From NCBI RefSeq assembly GCF_009914755.1, contig NC_060942.1: a DNA stretch of 64,000 nucleotides. One strand, 5' to 3'. The translations under genes were made by a program, and so were the position numbers. The DNA comes from the human T2T-CHM13v2.0 reference genome, Homo sapiens. The notes under the pieces are model-generated. The model made no database searches. It was given only the letters and a program-made list of their open reading frames with translations, and was not told the DNA's origin. Below, one piece after another: positions 59,350 to 64,000 of this stretch (position 1 is its first letter; every line of letters starts with the position of its first letter).

Positions 59350-59440
59350 TGTGGCCTCACGTAGTGCCCTGGGAGTGTCCCAGGCATGTGAGGGATGCTG
59401 AAGTTTAAGCTGTGTTAGCTTCACGGTAAATCCACCTCTG
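59350..59440 (-). mobile_element. Possible hAT-Tip100 (MER115/Zaphod-like) terminal fragment
   Basis: Minus strand reads CAGAGGTGGATTTACCGTGAAGCTAA, resembling a remembered terminal repeat. Confidence 0.4.
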
Positions 59441-60309
59441 CCTGGAATGGAAATTCATCAGAACGCCTCAGGGTGAGAATGAAGTTTGGGTTCTTCTATG
59501 TCCGTGTACACAGAAAACAGAAGCCTCTGAAAGAAAATATAACTATGCCTGGGTATTCCAGATGCCTACAGAGAGAAGAGATTTTGTGGGGCATAAGGTA
59601 CCTTTCTAAACTTCCTCTTGTGGGGGCATATTTGCTTCTTGAAGGGCAAATATACTTACAGGGATGTGAACGGAACCAAAGCCCACATGAACTGTTCCAA
59701 GTTACTGAACCCAGGACAAATTGAATCCAAATATACAAATTTTTTGTAGCGCCAGGAACCATGGCAAAGGTTGATTTTCTTTCCCTTTCAAAAAAGTATG
59801 TTGTGCTTTCTTTCTCATAATGTTTTCATTAACTGTGTTTTTGAATTTTGAAAAGCTCTGTAGATAGAGCATGCATGATTTTCAGTCAAAAAATTGTTAT
59901 TTATTTGAGTTATGAAAAAGTATCTTGCTTTCTTACAACTAAACCTAAATCCATCTCAAGCCCTCACAGCTGCCTGATAACTAAACAAGTACACAAAAAC
60001 ATCCATAAAAGTGTAGTTAAATTCAGTGATTTTGCAGTAATTTTTGGTTTCAACTCAATTGAATTCAAAATTTTTTCTCTCCCCACTCCTTGGTTAGCTC
60101 TGAGCTCTCTGTTCTCTCTGCTGGGCTTACACTTTATGGGGTATCCAGATAGGACGTTGGGCAAAGCATTCCTGTGCTTTCAGCCTCCAAACTGGGTGGT
60201 TGAGGTCCCATCAATTCTCAACTCCCCATGCAAGTCCCACTCTCAGGAACTTAGTTGGGCCAGCACGCAGGAGTGCACAGACACCTTTCTCTGGGACCTC
60301 CTTTATTTG

Positions 60310-60612
60310 TTATTTATTATTATTATTTGAGACAGGGTATCCTTCCGTGTCCCGGGCTAGAGTGCAATGGCATGATCATAGCTCACTGCAGCCTCAAACT
60401 CGTAGGCTCAAGCGATCTTCCTGCCTCAACTTCCTGAATTGCTGTGACTACAGGCACGTGCCACCACACCTAGATAATTTTTCAAAAAAATTTTGTAGAG
60501 ACAGGATCTTGCTATGTTGCCAAGGCTGGTCTCCAACTCCTGGCCTCAAGTCATCCTCCTACTTCATCCTCTCTAAGTGCTAGGATTACAGCTGTGAGCC
60601 ACCACACCTGAC
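60310..60612 (-). mobile_element. Alu SINE (AluJ-like)
   Basis: Diverged reverse-complement dimer; TSD CTCTGGGAC. Confidence 0.93.
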
Positions 60613-61307
60613 CATCTCTCTGGGACTTTCAAAAATGAGTGATCCAAGCAGCAGAATATGGCTCTGATACGGGGGCCAGTCTGATGTGCCTGAGAATGAC
60701 ACCATAGTGCTACAAACGATGTGTTAATGTGGAAATAGAGTTTATTTAATTAGACATGATACCTAACTGCAAAAATTTTAAAGCATTTTCAGTACTTAAT
60801 CATGACTTCTTTTTATCCCCTTTTAATTATTTTTAGGAGATATTTAAAATCTATTGCAGTATTAAACCATTAAATCTTGCAAATGCCTAAATGCATAGTC
60901 ATTAAACCCCAGGGGCCTGTAAGCAAAGCCATGTATTTTCTAAAAGTATGAAACCAGAACAATAAAATCCTCTTGAAACTTAAGTTGAGCAGAATCACCG
61001 TTACATGAAGCCAAGTCATTAACTAACTCAAATCGAAGAACTCTTTCAAGATTATTCCGAGAACAGCGACACGGATGGAGTGCGTGTTTTATTTCTCTTC
61101 TGTGATATTCAGCCTCTCCACTCTTCCTGCCTGCTCTGCTGCCTCTCCTCTCACCTGTTTGCATCCTGCCCTCCAGGCTTCCCCAGGCTCTTGCAGTCTC
61201 CAGTGCTCTCTCCATCATCTCCGCCCTTCCTGGACTACTCGGCTTGCCAGGCTCAGCCCTCTGCTTCTCCTTGGCCTTCTAACCCCAACTTACGCCGCCT
61301 CTGAATC

Positions 61308-61613
61308 TTTTTTATTTATTTATTTATTTATTTATTTTTTGAGACAGAGTTTCGCTGTTGTTGCCCGGGCTGGCGAAAACTCGGCTCACTGCAACCTCTG
61401 CCTCCTGGGTTCAAGCGATTCTCCTGCCTCAGCCTCCCAAATAGCTGAGATTACAGGCACCCGCTACCACGCCTGGCTAATTTTTGTATTTTTACTAAAG
61501 ATGGGGTTTAACCATGTTGGCCGGGCTGGTCTCAAACTCCTGACCTCAGATGATCCATCTGCCTCGGCCTCCCAAAGTGCTGGGATTACAGGCATGAGCC
61601 ACCGTGCCCAGCT
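61308..61613 (-). mobile_element. Alu SINE with (TTTA)n tail
   Basis: Reverse-complement dimer; TSD CCTCTGAATCTT. Confidence 0.95.
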
Positions 61614-62499
61614 GCCTCCTCTGAATCTTGTGCTGTTCCCATCCCCAGCAGAGCGTCTACCTTCTTTGGTCTGTTCCCATCACAACTTGGACGTGCTTCT
61701 GTTACGGCATGTATTTAATATAACCCCACACTAAAATACTTTGCTTAGATTTAGAGTAGGAGATCATTGAGAACACGGTCTTGGTCTTCATTTTCCTTTA
61801 TTTCCCCCGTAGCTTTCTTGTTTTGCATAGGACCTCATGCCTGGCCTCGTGCACAACAAGGGCTTTATAAATGCTTGTTGAATGGATAGACGGAATGATG
61901 TGGCATGAACACGCTGGGTTTGCTTGTGATTACTTTGAGCCAGCTGGACATTTCCAGTTGAGCCAATCCTTTAATTCTTTTTATTTCCTGTTTCCTACTC
62001 CTCACCTGCTTATCCTAGGTCATTTTTATTGCCTCATTTATTCATGAAAGTTACTATATTTGGCCGCAGTGCTGACTTGAATTTTCCATCATGATTATAA
62101 AATAAATTGTTCATAGGGAAGGTAGACGATAGGTGTATGATGATTCATTATACTTTGTATATAATCAACCTATTTAAAGCACTATTATTACATACAGTTA
62201 TAATATTAGTAGAAGTCAAAGAAAAGTTTAAAACTTTATCCACATGCTGAACACCCAAACAAATCAATTTCTATTCTTCCCTGTTTTCTTTCAGTCCTTG
62301 CCTGTATACATATATAATTTGTATATACATTTACATGGATGCTTTTAAGCATAGAAGCATCTTAACTCCCTTTCTTTCAGCTAAAATGCAGTCACTTAAA
62401 AGTCCAGAAACCACCAAGATGCTGGTGTCCATGGTAATGAAGATGATGATGATGATAACTATTACTTATGGAGTTCCCCCTCCACGTCCCCCAGAACAA

Positions 62500-62750
62500 A
62501 CTAAGGCTCAGCAAGGCTGAAAACTTGCCTAGAGTCTCAAAACTAGTAGGATAACAATAGTAATATTAATAGTAATCACATCATTAATACTTACCTATTA
62601 CTTTACTATGTGTCAGGATCCATGCTGAGCAGTTGACCTGCTTCGTCTCATTTAAACCTCAAAGCATCTCCCAGAGGAGAAAACTGAGGTGTAGAGAGGA
62701 TAAGTAATTGGCCCAAGATTGCACTGCTTGGCAGAGCTAGGATCGATAAG
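62500..62750 (-). mobile_element. MIR fragment(s)
   Basis: GAGGAGAAAACTGAGGTGTAGAGAGGATAAGTAATTGGCCCAAG antisense MIR core. Confidence 0.7.
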
Positions 62751-62756
62751 CCCAAC

Positions 62757-63919
<1,163 letters not shown>

Positions 63920-63920
<1 letters not shown>

Positions 63921-64000
63921 TTTCTTCTTTTTTTGAGACGGAGTCTTGCTCTGGATACAAGCGATTCTCCTGTCTCAGACTTCCGAGTAGCTGAGATTAC
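63920..64000 (-). mobile_element. Alu fragment cut by the window edge, internally deleted
   Basis: GAGACGGAGTCTTGCTCTG jumps directly to CAAGCGATTCTCCTG. Confidence 0.85.

Noticed and set aside
59848-60330. 160-aa ORF in non-repeat DNA
   Set aside because: Non-ATG start, no recognisable domain, ends in an Alu tail; consistent with chance
61075-61734. 219-aa ORF
   Set aside because: About half is antisense Alu and the (TTTA)n tail; the remainder is low-complexity

Overview
Repeat-dense primate genomic DNA, not microbial. An SVA element restricts it to a hominoid (human or other ape). I see no supportable host protein-coding exon, RNA gene, CRISPR array or CpG-island promoter; the window reads as intergenic or intronic. 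It holds about 50 Alu elements or fragments, a 3.3-kb dead L1PA ORF2 fragment, three short young L1PA 3' ends, a solo LTR12C with a 4-bp target-site duplication (TSD), a structurally complete SVA with a very short VNTR, and older MaLR/ERV1 LTR, L2, MIR, L1M and hAT remnants. Almost all ORFs in the supplied track are Alu/L1/LTR read-throughs or chance ORFs. I did not find a new biological system. The most notable signals are rearrangement scars: a ~310-bp inverted templated duplication (36075-36384, copied from 38498-38812), a template-switch hairpin inside an Alu, two twin-primed L1 inversions, deletion-type Alu-L1 and Alu-LTR12 junctions, and repeated same-site Alu insertions. Subfamily names come from memory of consensus sequences and need RepeatMasker/Dfam confirmation. 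Boundaries of old repeats are approximate.
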